A DNA stretch of 64,000 bases from Torpedo marmorata (taxonomy: Eukaryota). The translations under genes were made by a program, and so were the position numbers. Where the stretch lies: assembly GCA_977017645.1 (NCBI GenBank), contig OZ360230.1:16926001-16990000 (forward strand), read 5' to 3'. Of the stretch, positions 27,195 through 38,740 are shown piece by piece. Position 1 is the stretch's first letter. Every line of letters begins with the position of its first letter. The notes under the pieces are model-generated. The model was given only the letters and a program-made list of their open reading frames with translations. It was not told the DNA's origin and made no database searches.

Positions 27195-27730
27195 ACAGAA
27201 TGTGACAAGAAGTCGATGGGTCAAGCAGCATCTGTGAAGGCAAAAGTTTAAGTTGACATTTTGCGTTGAAACCCAACATCAGAACAGAGGAGAACAGGAA
27301 AGCTTGCGAGTAAGTAAGGGGATGGGATGAACTTTCATAGGTGATAAGTGGAACCATATGGTGAGGTGATGAGGAGCGGGTAAAATCAGGTGGGGGCAGT
27401 AGGTTGGACAGAGTCTAGTAGGTGGTCATTGGAACTGGTTGGGAAGAGGAGAGGGGTGCGAGGGACAGAGGCTGGTAGGTGGAACCAGGTGGGAAGGGGA
27501 TAATGATCAGATAGAAATGGGTTAGGAAGGAGGTGAGAGCAATGAACAAAGGGGGAAGAAAGTTGTGTGGATAGGTGAGTGTGTGTGAGAGGAGAACACA
27601 GGGAGAGTGGCTTACATGAAATTGGAAAATTCAATATTCATACCATTGGGTGGAAGGCTACCCGAGCAAAATATGCCTCCCCGCAGACTTTTCCCAGCAT
27701 TCTGTGTATGTTTAGCATCTGTGTCTCTGG
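27195..27730 (-). mobile_element. Older Penelope-like fragment
   Basis: GSLPPNGMNIEFSNF (GIY-YIG C-terminus) in ORF 27612-27824; decayed CTGATG hammerhead-like motif at 27252-27285. Confidence 0.7.
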
Positions 27731-28885
27731 CCTTCAGAGATCTTATTTTTATTTGTCTTCCTAGACCATTTTGTAGGTCCAGTACTTTACATTTTAAAAC
27801 AGTGCCTAATGAACGACTGGTCAACTGGAGCTGTGATTACAGTGTTTGATTGAGCAAAGTACAACTACCCCCAAAAAATGGAATGCTCCAATAGGAGTCC
27901 TCATAGCTTAAAACTTTAATTTATAACACTAACTTCATGTGAAGTCTATGGGTTCAAGTGTCCCCAACCACTGAACTCAAAATTATGACCTCCACATTAT
28001 GTAACTGCTTTCTTCCTGGTACCTTGCTGGGCCCACTGTTAATTAGTTTGTGCAATGGATTTCATGCCATCCTCTATTAATGATTTCCTTTCACTTAATG
28101 AAAGCAGTTTGGATTAATCATGCACATTTAGAGGCTATAATGCTAATGCCAAGAATTTCAAAATTTGGATAGAAAGGACAGATTTAATTTCAATCTGTAT
28201 TACTTCATGTTTCTCTTTCCACCAAGGAATCAGTGACCATATTCACTGAGAAGAGATTTTATTCCTTTGAGCTATTTTTTTCAATATGACTGTCTCCGGG
28301 TATTAACTTATAACTTCACTTTTCAACCTTAAATCCAACAAAAAATAACTGCAAGTGCATTTGACTGATTTTCTGAGGGGTGATAATTTCTGGGAGGTGT
28401 CACAAAGATCTGCTCAGTTCACACATCACCCACTAACTCAGCTAAAGAATGAAGACTACTTTGAATTGCAGTAGGTAATTGCAGTTAAGTTTTGCCCAAA
28501 GTTACCAAAAATAGTTAAGTGTTTATGCAAGTTCTGGTCTGTGTCTTAATGAGAAAATGCATTTCATTTGTTTCTTTTCATTCTTGCTGACAGGAAACTG
28601 AATTTAATACTCTGGAATGTTCAATATTGAATTTAAAGTTCTGACTCTGCAAACGTATTGACTGAGGCGAAGACAGTTAATATTCTTATGATCATGGAAA
28701 TTTAGAGGCAGCTGTAGACCATAAATTTTTATGGTTTAATACTATGGTACATATTTCAGTTTGAAAACCACTGTTTTAATCGTACCTAATTGACTCGTTA
28801 TGTGCACGGTTTCATAACTCCAAAGGAAATGGGCCATTGACAATTTTTCTCAAGCAAAATATTTCAGTAACAATTTGGTCTAGAG

Positions 28886-29012
28886 CAGTGGTTCTCAACC
28901 TTTCCTTTCCACTCACATACCACCTTAAGTAATCCCTTATCACAGAGCACCTTTGGCATAGGGATTACTTAAGGTGGTATGTGAGTGGAAAGAAAAAGTT
29001 TGAAAACCACTG
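28886..29012. mobile_element. Palindromic hAT/Charlie-type MITE
   Basis: Ends CAGTGGTTCTCAAC / TTTGAAAACCACTG; arms of about 53 bp form a near-perfect hairpin; TCTAGA-type flank. Confidence 0.82.
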
Positions 29013-29260
29013 CTCTGGATTATGTACTTCATCGCCTGTAGTTCCTTTGGATCAGAGGCAAGAGTCAGGCAATGAAGCCAGACAACCATTGTACTGAGTA
29101 TTTTTGTGCCTGCATCTTTCTAGGATCCTACAAAGGATGTTTGGTAAGAATAAGTTTACTGTTGAACTTTGCATCAGAAAGGTTGCAGTTGCTTTCTTTG
29201 AACATTCATTCACCCAAATAAGATATTCACTTTCATGGTTTTCATGGCATCTTCAATGCA

Positions 29261-29540
29261 GGCAGCACAATGGGGCATCTAGTAGTGCTGCTCCAGCAAC
29301 TTGTGTTCGATGCTGACCCCCAGTGCTGTCAGTGTGGAGCTCTCCCTGTGGTTCAGTTTCCTTCCACTTCCACTAAATGTACAAGCTGGTAGGTTAATTG
29401 GCCACTGTAAATTTGCCGAATGTGTAGATAAGTGGTAGAACGTCAGGAGAGTTGATGGGAATGTTGGGAGAATAAATGGGTTAACACAGACTTGGTGGGC
29501 TGAAGGGTCTGTTTCTATTTTGCATCACTTTATGATTTGA
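29261..29540 (+). mobile_element. Old V-SINE-type tRNA-derived SINE
   Basis: B-box-like gttcgatgc; gctggtaggttaattggccactgtaaatt; CR1-like tail gggctgaagggtctgtttct. Confidence 0.6.
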
Positions 29541-30236
29541 TGCAAGCCACAATGAACTGTGGATATATTGTTATTTAAATATTAACACGAAGAAAGATCA
29601 TTCACATTATAACTGTGCCTACATTGTAGGAAAACACACAAAATCAAGCTGATGCTTTCCTAGAAATGTGTAAAAACATATTTCTCCATCACCCTTCTCA
29701 TGGATAGGATTAATTGGAAGGTGGCCTCAGGAACTGGTAACTTAATTACGTGGCCTTCAAACAAAGACATGAATGACTATCAAGGGTCTGAGTGGATTTT
29801 TGTGGTTTTGAAACAATGTTTAAATTGCCTAATTTGTTTTGGGATTTCAGGATAGCCAGTGCGAAATATTGCCAGAAAGAGTTTAAAGGCCAATTATGGC
29901 AATTTGCACATTCACAGCAATAATATTGGTAGAATCTGTTAAAACAGCAATACAATCACACTGAGTGGAAGAAGATGGATTATACAGTAAGACCATAAAA
30001 TATAGTCGACAATTCAGCCTGTCGAGTCCACTCCACCATTCCATCATGAGCTGATCCATTCTCTCACAGCCCCACCCCCCTGCCTTCTCCACGTAACCTT
30101 TGATACCCTGACTATTCAGATAGCTATCAATCTCTGCCTTAAATACACCCAATGACCTGGCCTCCACAGCCGCCTGTGGCAGCAAATTCCAGAGGTTCAC
30201 CACTTTGGCTAAATAAATTCTTCCACATCTGTTTTA

Positions 30237-30463
30237 CCCAGAGAAGTGTGAATCTGTGGAATGCTCTGCCACAGAGGGTGGTAGAGGCAGATTCGCTGAT
30301 TATGTTCAAAAGAGAATTAGATAAGACTCTAGTGGGCAGAGGAGTTAAGGGTTATGGGGATAAGGGTGGTAAGGGGTACTGATAGTAGTGATCAGCCATG
30401 ATCTGTAAAATGGCGGTGCTGGCTCGACGGGCCGAAGGGCCTACTCCAGCTCCTATTGTCTAT
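30237..30463 (+). mobile_element. CR1 3'-end copy inserted antisense into a CR1
   Basis: FTQRSVNLWNALPQRVVEADSLIMFKRELD; tail ctattgtctatt; TSD tgtttta at 30230-30236 and 30464-30470. Confidence 0.82.
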
Positions 30464-31063
30464 TGTTTTAAATGGCTGCTCTTCAATCCTGAAGTTGTGC
30501 CCTCTTGTCCTTGACTCCCCTACCATGGGAAACTACTCTGTCCAGGCTTTTCAACATTAGAAATGCTTCTATGAGGTCCCGCTCATTCTTCTGAACTCCA
30601 AGAAACACAGTCCAAGAGCCATCATACTTTCCTCATATACTTACCCCTTCATTCCAGGAATCATTCTTGTAAATCTTCTCTGAACCCTCTCCAAAGCCAG
30701 CACATCATTTCTTAAATAAGGAGCCCAAAACTGTACCCCGTACTCCAAGTGAGGCCTCACCAGTGCTTTATAAAGCCTCAACATCACATCCCTGCTCTTG
30801 TATCCTATTCCTTTATGAATGCCAAAATTGCATTCGCCTTCTTCACTGAACCTGAAGGTTAACCTTTGGAGTATCTTGCACGAGGACTTCCAAGTCCCTT
30901 TTCACCTCTAAATTTGAATTTTCTCCCCGTCCAAATAATAGTCTGCCCTTTTATTCCTTCCACAAAGTGCATGACCGTACACTTTGCAACATTGTATTTC
31001 ATTTGCCACTTCTTTGCCCATTCTTCTGAAGCCATTTATTCTGCAATCCAAATCATTAACATA

Positions 31064-31404
31064 CAGGCAGTCCCCGGGTTACGAACGAGATCCGTTCCTA
31101 AGTCTGTCTTTAAGTTGAATTTGTATGTAAGTCGGAACAGGTACATACAGGTATTTAGCGTCAGTTAGTCAAATTTCTTTACTTTTTACGCTTTGGAGGC
31201 ATAGTTACGAGGGTAAATTAGAGAAAATTTTAAGCCAAATACAAAGTTACACACTCAACACAGTGTTAACGGCAACGTGATCCGACTTAAAATGGCGGAC
31301 GGCGTTCTCCTTCCTCGAGCCGACGAACCGCTGAAGCCGCGCGTAGTCTGTTTGTAAGTACGAGTTGTCCGTAAGCTGGACGTTCTTAACCCGGGGACTT
31401 ACTG
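31064..31404. mobile_element. Tc1/mariner (Tigger/pogo-like) MITE with TA TSD
   Basis: TIRs CAGGCAGTCCCCGGGTTACGAACG / CGTTCTTAACCCGGGGACTTACTG; TA at 31062-63 and 31405-06; the host CR1 resumes on both sides. Confidence 0.9.
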
Positions 31405-32253
31405 TACAATGTAAAAAGAAGTGGCCCCAACACTGACCCTTGTGGAACTGGGAGCCAACCAGAATAGGATCCTTTTACTCCCACACTCTTTCATGCTGAT
31501 CAGCCATGCTAGTATCTTTCCTGTAATTCCATGGGCTCCCATTTTGAGAAGCAGCCTCATGTGCAGCACCTTGTCAAAGGCCTTTCGAAAGTCCAATAAT
31601 ACAACATCCACTGTATGTCCTTTGTCTGCTTGTGATTTCATCATAAAAATTACAGTAGGTTTGTCAGGCAAGATTTTCCCACGAGTCACCATGCTGACTT
31701 TGTAGAATGTAGAAGCCGTTGCCAATAAAGATATTATAGAATGGAATCGGGTTTGATAGTCATGTTTAATTGAATGTAAATTAATGTATGTCAGGTTTAA
31801 TTGATAGGTTTAAGTGAATATCAATTAATGAATGCATGTAAATTTTCAATAGATGGGGTAGAAAAAGCCTTTCATCTTTAAACATATATAATTTGTGAGC
31901 GCCACTTGTCTTATGAAGAATGTTAAGATTCAAAGAGAAGGTTTGCACGGACACTTCATCATGTTTCTTTTGAATTGCATTACGGATGGAAATATAAAAA
32001 CAAGTCCTGTGCAATCCCTTGGGTTTGGCTTCTCTACTAAATTAGTTCACCTAATGGTTTTTTAATCTGGTTCCCCAATGATTCCTGCAGGGGAGATGGA
32101 AGGCTGCTGATCATTGACCATGAGTAGCTGACACAACCAGGAGCATCAGTATAAGCAATGAAGTGTAATGCTGGGAATAATAGATACACATTTGGAATCT
32201 TACCTTTGATCATTGTTCGATTTTAAACTGCATTGTACTTTACATCAGCCAGC

Positions 32254-33119
32254 TGTTATGGACTATGACCGACCATTTGGACTGAGAACAGTCAGCAGGA
32301 AGGATGAAGTCTTTTGGAGTATACACTGGGGCCAGGTACTGAAAGAGTTAACTTGCCCAGGACTTGGTGTACCCAGAGAGAGAGAGAGAGCAGAGAGAAA
32401 GACAGGCTGTGAAAAAGATACTTTGTTGCACTTTTGCAAAAGCAGGTGCAGACCTCTGCAAAAAGCAGACAGTTGGGAGTTGCAAAGGCTAGAGAACACA
32501 GCCAAATCCAGGCTTGTGCATCCCAGAGAAAAGGCTGGAAGAATAGCACATGGCCTCCTGTCTCAGAGAAATCCTGAGTTAAAAGCAACTTCTGTGGAGA
32601 ACAGGCGTGAGATCAGCGAGACCAGCTGTGAGATCCAAGCACATGCCTCAATCAGTGGTATACTGATCTGAACTCGCAATCCTTATGAAAACACAAGAAG
32701 GGAATGTCATCAGAGAAGAAAAACAAGTATTTGTAAGCATTAACAGTCATTGTCTCTCTCCAACGTTCATTCAGAAGTACTTCTACCAGCACACAGAGCT
32801 GAATTTGAAACCTGAACTTAGAGAGTGAATTTTGTGGACTGTATTATTCTTTTTTGTTTTGACTGACTTGTTTTTATGACTGACCTGGGGTTTTTGGGTA
32901 AAGTTTTTCCATTTTTACATAAGGGTTGGGAACAGACCGTAATGGTCTGGGCTTTACACACACACACACACCTTTTAGATAAGAATAGTGTTTATAGACG
33001 TTTATAGTGGGGTTAATTGTTGTGAAATTATATGTTTAATTGTGTTTAATAAATATAAATTTCAATTTTACCCCTTTTGCAATGCGTCTTCTGTCGTTGC
33101 TGGTTTGATTTTTGTAACA
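32254..33119 (+). mobile_element. Solo LTR (866 bp)
   Basis: TGTTA...TAACA termini; 4-bp TSD CAGC at 32250-32253 and 33120-33123; AATAAA at 33048; internal (AG)n and (AC)n. Confidence 0.8.
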
Positions 33120-33569
33120 CAGCAAAATCTTCTATTAACCTTAGAACATAGAACAGTACAGATCAGGAGTAGACCCTTCGTCCATGGTGTCTGTGGTGAC
33201 CACAGTTCTAATATTAACTGCACATTTGCATATCCTTGCATACCCTGCCTGTCCATGTGCCTGCCTAAATGCTTCTTAAATCTTATTCTTGTATCTGCTT
33301 TTTCTACATTGGTTTGTAGTGTAGGTGAATGGAAGTTTGACTGGAAAGGTTTTTGCTTCTTGGTGCACCTCCAGACAATTCCAATGATGCTAACCTACAC
33401 CAATCCTATAAGTGGTGCTGGGTCCTGTTAAAATATATCAATGATACTTCATTTCCAGCTTCCCTGTTCAAAAGCTGCATGCAGACCGTGTTGGTATGAA
33501 TGGCTGCTCACCAATGTTAATTAGTTTAGACGTGAGCACCAACATGTTAGGGAGGTGGAGTCGTGACAT

Positions 33570-33850
33570 TATGGGATTAGTAGCGAGAGTTTTGGTGCTT
33601 AGATCCACAATGGCAACTGGGAAATTTGTATTAAAGGAATTAAATCAATCTGTACTTTTAGGATAAACGTCTCTGAGGAGGGAATATCAATAATTATGAA
33701 ACTATTAAAAACTCTCTGGTTCACTAATTTTAGAGAAGGAAACCTGTCATCTTTAACCATTCCTACCAATGAGGTTTACTCATAACTGCCTTCTCAGTCA
33801 GGGCCAATTAGGGTTGTACCATAAATGCTGGCATTCCATATTCCATACAT
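33570..33850 (+). mobile_element. Decayed ancient vertebrate SINE (MER131/LF-SINE-like from memory)
   Basis: ctggttcactaat...gaaggaaacctgtcatc...taactgcc...caattaggg...ataaatgctggc; family name not verified. Confidence 0.4.
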
Positions 33851-34253
33851 TAACAAACAATGCTTGCTAAGTCCTCAATCAACAATTCTTAGAAACCAGT
33901 CCAGTGTCCCTCAACTCCATGAGAGGTTGCAGTGATGCTGATTTTGGCACGAATGAACTGGGTGCACATTTCATTTGCAGCATTCTCCAACATGACGCAG
34001 TCCATTTGACACTGTTTAGTGGCCACTTATTTTTCATTTCTGTTTCTCCTTGAACATTATTTTATAAAGTAGCCTTACAGATTTGCAGTTCTTCTTGAAT
34101 GTTGGTCAAGTGAAGTAAAGCTGATGTCTTATTTTTAAATACAGGGTTGTTTGAGTACATAAGAGATGTGTAAATCACAGTTAAAATACTCCAACTCTTA
34201 ATTCCCTTATAGTTTCCCCTGACCAAAAGTCATGAACCATTCGTGACATTAAT

Positions 34254-35091
34254 GGCGGCGCTGCCGGAGCCGCTGTAGCGGCAGCGCTGCCACTGGTGCG
34301 GACCCGCGGGGAGCGGAGATACAGCGCTCCTGCGGGGTCCAGCCGCCCAGTCGACTGCTGTCGGTTCCGCACGGGCTTTGAACGGCCCGTTAAAGGAGCC
34401 GACGGTGGTTTTATTTAAGATCCTGCGACCACGGGGTCTGCGCCCAAGATGGCAGCGCCTTTTAACTGGCAGCAGATTCCGGGGAAGCGGAGGACTGGAG
34501 CAGGGCACCAGAGGACGGGAAGATTACCCCCCGTCTGAGAAGGAGAAGCGGAGGAGATGACCCACGGGACGGTGACCACGGCGGCGGACCGGTGAGGGGC
34601 TCTGAGGCTGAAGGACCGGTGCATGTGGCGGGCTGCTGGCGACTCGAGGCGAGGAACCCGCGGAGGATGTGGGCTGCTGGAGACTGCTGTCGGGGGACTC
34701 ACGCCGGGCTGCGGACTGCTGGAGGCTGGCTCAAACTGGCTGGAGGAGTACCAAGTATCGGAACCGGGATGCGAGGGGTTGCCGAGGGCGACCTGACCGT
34801 GTTGGAGGTTCGGATCTGGAGCTTGGGTTGCCAATGGTTTGGACCGGATTCTGTGTGGCTACGGAGGCTGCAGAAGCGCTGGAGGTGAATCTATGGACAC
34901 TCGGTGACTCTGGGGGGACTCTCTTTTGCTTCTCTTTCTCTGACTGTAAGGAATGTTAGAGGCGCTTAGGCAATTTCTGCCGGTGGCGAATCTGTCTGCC
35001 TTGCAGCAGGCAAAAGGAAATTTCATGGAATATGACACTGTCTTATTACTATGACAATAAATTGAATCTTGAATCTTGAATCTTGAATCTT
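34254..35091 (+). mobile_element. GC/CpG-rich non-autonomous retroposon with Rex1-like 3' end and (CTTGAAT)n tail
   Basis: Sharp GC/CpG jump; several hairpins; no credible ORF; ends aatttcatg...tgacaataaa-ttgaatcttgaatcttgaatcttgaatctt. Confidence 0.72.
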
Positions 35092-35096
35092 TCTAA

Positions 35097-35347
35097 GGGG
35101 GGCACAGTTAGCGTAGCAGTTAGCGCAACGCTGTTACAGTGCCAGCGATCGGGGTTTGATTCCGGCGCTGTCTGTAAGGAGTCTACGTTCTCCCCGTGTC
35201 TCCGTGGGTTTCCTCCGGACACTCTAGTTTCCTACCACCATTCAAAACGTACTGGGGTTGTAGGTTAATTGGGCGGCACTGTCTCATGGGCCGGTATGTC
35301 CTGTTACTATGCTATATGTCTCTATTTTTTTTAAATTTAAACAAAAA
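35097..35347 (+). mobile_element. V-SINE/HE1-type tRNA-derived SINE
   Basis: A-box-like ttagcgtagcagttag; B-box-like ggtttgattcc; core gttctccccgtgtctccgtgggtttcctccgg; CR1-like tail. Confidence 0.85.
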
Positions 35348-35939
35348 ATTCAAGAGAAAGTCAAGCAACCACTGTTCTCAATCCATGTTGATAGCAAAGA
35401 GATATTCTAACTTCTGGCTTCTCTGCTATGTTCACAACAGCTTTCCTCTGCTCAGTTACTGAGCTCTTGATGGCTTGCATGGCAGTTGAAAGAAATTCTT
35501 GCTTCAAATGAACAGCAAGTCTTGACAGATATACCAGCCTCCATCCCAGCTAAAAGATAAAGTACTGACAGCTGGACAGTTATTTATTGTAAAGGTGTCA
35601 CAAATTGTTAAGTATGTATTAAATGTTGCCAGTTTCCATAGTAGGCTTTGATGTTATTTTGTTAATGTCATCCCTTGATGAATTTGTGTGCACTTTCACT
35701 TCTCTATAAATGGATAGTTTTACCATGTAATAGTCATAGAAGGAGTTTTCCTTTGCAGAGGACTTAAAGCTGTGCCTAGTTACTGCTCATAAATCTTGGG
35801 CCGATTATTCAAAATATTTCTCAGATGTAATTATTTAAAGCTATTGTTGGTGCATTGTACCCACTTAACAGGCTTTCAGCCTTGTATTTATCCATTTTTT
35901 ATTATTACATATTTTTAAAATTAATTTAGAGATACAGCA

Positions 35940-36171
35940 CCAACAGCCTGAATACGACTGGGATTGTCTGAACTCGGAAGCTAAGCAGGCACAGGACTGG
36001 TCAGTACTTGGAGGGGAGACCACCTAGGAACACCAGGTGCTGTAGGTTTCTGGGAGGGGCGCTGGACAAAGTAGCGACCCTCTGTCTGCCTTACGGTAGA
36101 CAAAAATTAAAGAATTTCATGTATGTTACATTCTAAATGTAGCATTACGTGACAATAATGGAACCTTTACC
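35940..36171 (+). mobile_element. 5S rRNA-derived SINE (SINE3-type)
   Basis: 35940-36049 aligns by eye to 5S rRNA (ctcggaagctaagcagg...ggtcagtacttggaggggagacc...ggtgctgtagg), followed by a 120-bp non-5S body ending tgacaataa and an accttt tail. Confidence 0.85.
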
Positions 36172-37305
36172 ATATAACCATATAACAATTACACCACAGA
36201 AACAGGCCAGTTCGGCCCTTCTAGTCCATGCCGAACACATTCTCCCACCTAGTCCCACTGACCCGCACCCGGCCCATAACCCTCCACACCTCTCTCGTCC
36301 CTATACCTATCCAACTTTTCCTTAAATACTAAAATTGAACCTGCATCTACCACTTCGGTCGGAAGCTCGTTCCACACTCCTACCACCCTCTGAGTGAAGA
36401 AATTCCCCCTCATGTTTCCTCTAAACTTTTCCCCCTTCAATCTCAATCCATGCCATCTTGTTTGAATCTTCCCCACTCTCAATGGAAAAAGCCTGTCCAC
36501 ATTGACTCTATCTGTCCCCGTCATAATTTTAAATACCTCTATCAAATCACTCCTCAATCTTCTACGCTCCAGGGAATAAAGTCCCAGCCTGCTCAACCCT
36601 TCCCTGTAACTCAAACCCAGAAACCCTGGCAACATTCTTGTAAATCTCCTCTGCACTCTCTCTATTCTGTTTATATCCTTCCTGTAATTCGGCGACCAAA
36701 ACTGCACACAATATTCCAAATTTGGCCTCACCAATGCCTTATACAACTCCAACATGACATCCCAACTCCTGTATTCAATACTCTGATTTATGAAGGCCAA
36801 CATACCAAATGCTTTCTTCACCACCCTATCTACGTGTGACTCAACTTTCAGGGAATTATGTACCAGATTTCCTAAATCCCTTTGTTCTACTGCACTTCTC
36901 AATTGTCTTCCATTTAACATGTATGACCTTTGCTGATTAGTCCTACCAAAATGTAGCACCTCACATTTATCAGTATTAAATTCCATCTGCCATGTTTCCG
37001 CCCACTCTTCTAACTGTCCTATATCCCCCTGCAAGCTTTGATATCCTTCTTCACTGTCGACAACATCACCAATCTTTGTATCATCTGCATACTTACTAAT
37101 CCAATTTACCACCCTATCATCTAGATCATTAATATATATGACAAACAACAATGGACCCAGTACCGATCCCTGAGGCACTCCACTAGTCACCGGCCTCCAA
37201 TTTGACAAACAATTTTCCATCAGATCTCCTATCCAACCATTGTTGAATCCATTTCACTACTTCGATGTTAATACCTAATGCTTGAACCTTCCTAACTAGC
37301 CTCTT
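36172..37305 (-). mobile_element. Young 5'-truncated CR1 LINE with an open RT C-terminal frame
   Basis: ORF 36249-37220 (323 aa) VTSGVPQGSVLGPLLF...KYADDTK...; (TTATATGG)n tail. Confidence 0.93.
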
Positions 37306-37430
37306 ACCTTTTTTACCTTTTTACAGCATGGAAACAGGCCCTTGCGGCCTACAAGCCAACGCTGCCTAAATACACTAATTAACCTGCAAACCCCATATGT
37401 TTATTACCTCTATGGAAAACTGCATGAATT

Positions 37431-37708
37431 TCAGAATCAGAATTTATTGTCATAACAAGTCATGAAATTCGGTGTTATAACCATCTTACGACATTACTAT
37501 AAAAAATATATAAATGATAGTGCACGAAAAGTAAGGCAGTGTCTTTGGTTCATTGATTATTCAGGAATCTGATGGCAGCGGGGAAGAAGCTGTCCTTGTG
37601 CCGTTGAGTGCTCGTCTTTAGGCTCCTGTACCTTTTTCCCGATGGAAGCAGAGTGAAGAGGGCATGGCCTGGGTGGTGGGGGTCTTTGAGGATAGAGGCT
37701 GCTTTTTT
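37431..37708 (-). mobile_element. Rex1 LINE 3' fragment
   Basis: Near-identical to 43731-43945 and 38640-38690; (TTCTGA)n tail; internal deletion. Confidence 0.88.
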
Positions 37709-38639
37709 TTGAAAGACAAATTCATTTTCTAATTTTCAACTTTTCTCTTGTTCACCAATTATATGCTGTTTATTCAGTGCTTTGTAACAAAATTTGGCTG
37801 CTCAATTCTCCACCGTGAACAAATTCAATTTGGTATGAATAAACTCAATCCAGCATGTGGGCCTGATGTAGAGTCCAACCAACTTCTATCTGGGCTGTTT
37901 TCCTGGGATGGTTACAAGAAGAGTAGCCCTCAATGGTATAGTTACTTCACCAAAATCTGGAGTGATCCAAGCAACATTGTTAGGCTCTTTGATGGGTTGT
38001 ACAGAGCCTGAGTAAAATACATTTAAAGATACCAATGTAAATTTTTAAATCAGTGTTATTTTTGTACTTGTCAGGAAGTCATCTGTATTTAATTATTAAT
38101 AAAAGAGCGCTGATCAAAAAACATGAACTATCAGATGTGGGTTATTGAAAAGAAAACAACTTCATAACATTAAAACATTAATGCAATTTGGAAGTCAAGT
38201 TTCTCAGGATAAATTACCTGGAGCACTGTTTGAGATAAACTTAAATAGAAATGCTTACCGGTACATTCAATTTACTCACCATCACTCCAGGTAGAATATT
38301 GGATGTGTGAATAAAAAGTAATGGTTAGTAAAATGGCACATTGTAGCCAATTATTATTGAAATAAATTAGAAAATTAAAGCAAAGTAGCAAAATAATAAA
38401 AATGTCAAAGCCTTTGGAAAGTCTCACTCAACATCCTTTCAAAAACTCCTTCTCAGAGCAGGAAGAGGCAAGTGTAACAAATGGAATTTAAATTCACTTT
38501 CTGATCATGATTGCTCAGCAAAGTGGTGATGCACCTCCACACCTTAACTTTTGCATAATATTTGTTGAAATGGGAAGTATTCTACAGATGGTTACAAGAA
38601 GGGTGGCCCTCAATGAATTATTTTGATAAGTTAACATTA

Positions 38640-38740
38640 CAGAATCAGAATCAGAATTTATTGTCATGAACAAGTCATGAAATTCGGTGTTTTGCGGCAA
38701 CATCATAGTGCAATTAACATTTATATTAACCATCTAACGA
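38640..38740 (-). mobile_element. 3' terminus of the Rex1 LINE split by the L1 insertion
   Basis: cagaatcagaatcagaatttattgtcatg tail; continuous with 43731 onward across the TSD. Confidence 0.9.

Larger units (their letters stand above)
29990..31690 (-). mobile_element. CR1 LINE fragment carrying two nested insertions
   Basis: ORF 29883-30203 VNLWNLLPQAAVEARSLGVFKAEID and ORF 31399-31725 DVVLLDFRKAFDKVLH. Confidence 0.85.

Noticed and set aside
32213-33431. 152-aa and 147-aa ORFs
   Set aside because: They lie in or across the solo LTR and a CR1 tail, with no gag, pol or env motifs.
34181-34959. Overlapping GC-rich ORFs or a CpG-island promoter of a new gene
   Set aside because: The ORFs have no recognisable domain and are expected in GC-rich DNA; the block ends in a retroposon tandem-repeat tail.
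35940-36049. Functional 5S rRNA gene
   Set aside because: Many substitutions, a damaged 5' end, no T4+ terminator, not in a tandem array, and fused to a retroposon-type tail with a TSD; better explained as a SINE head.
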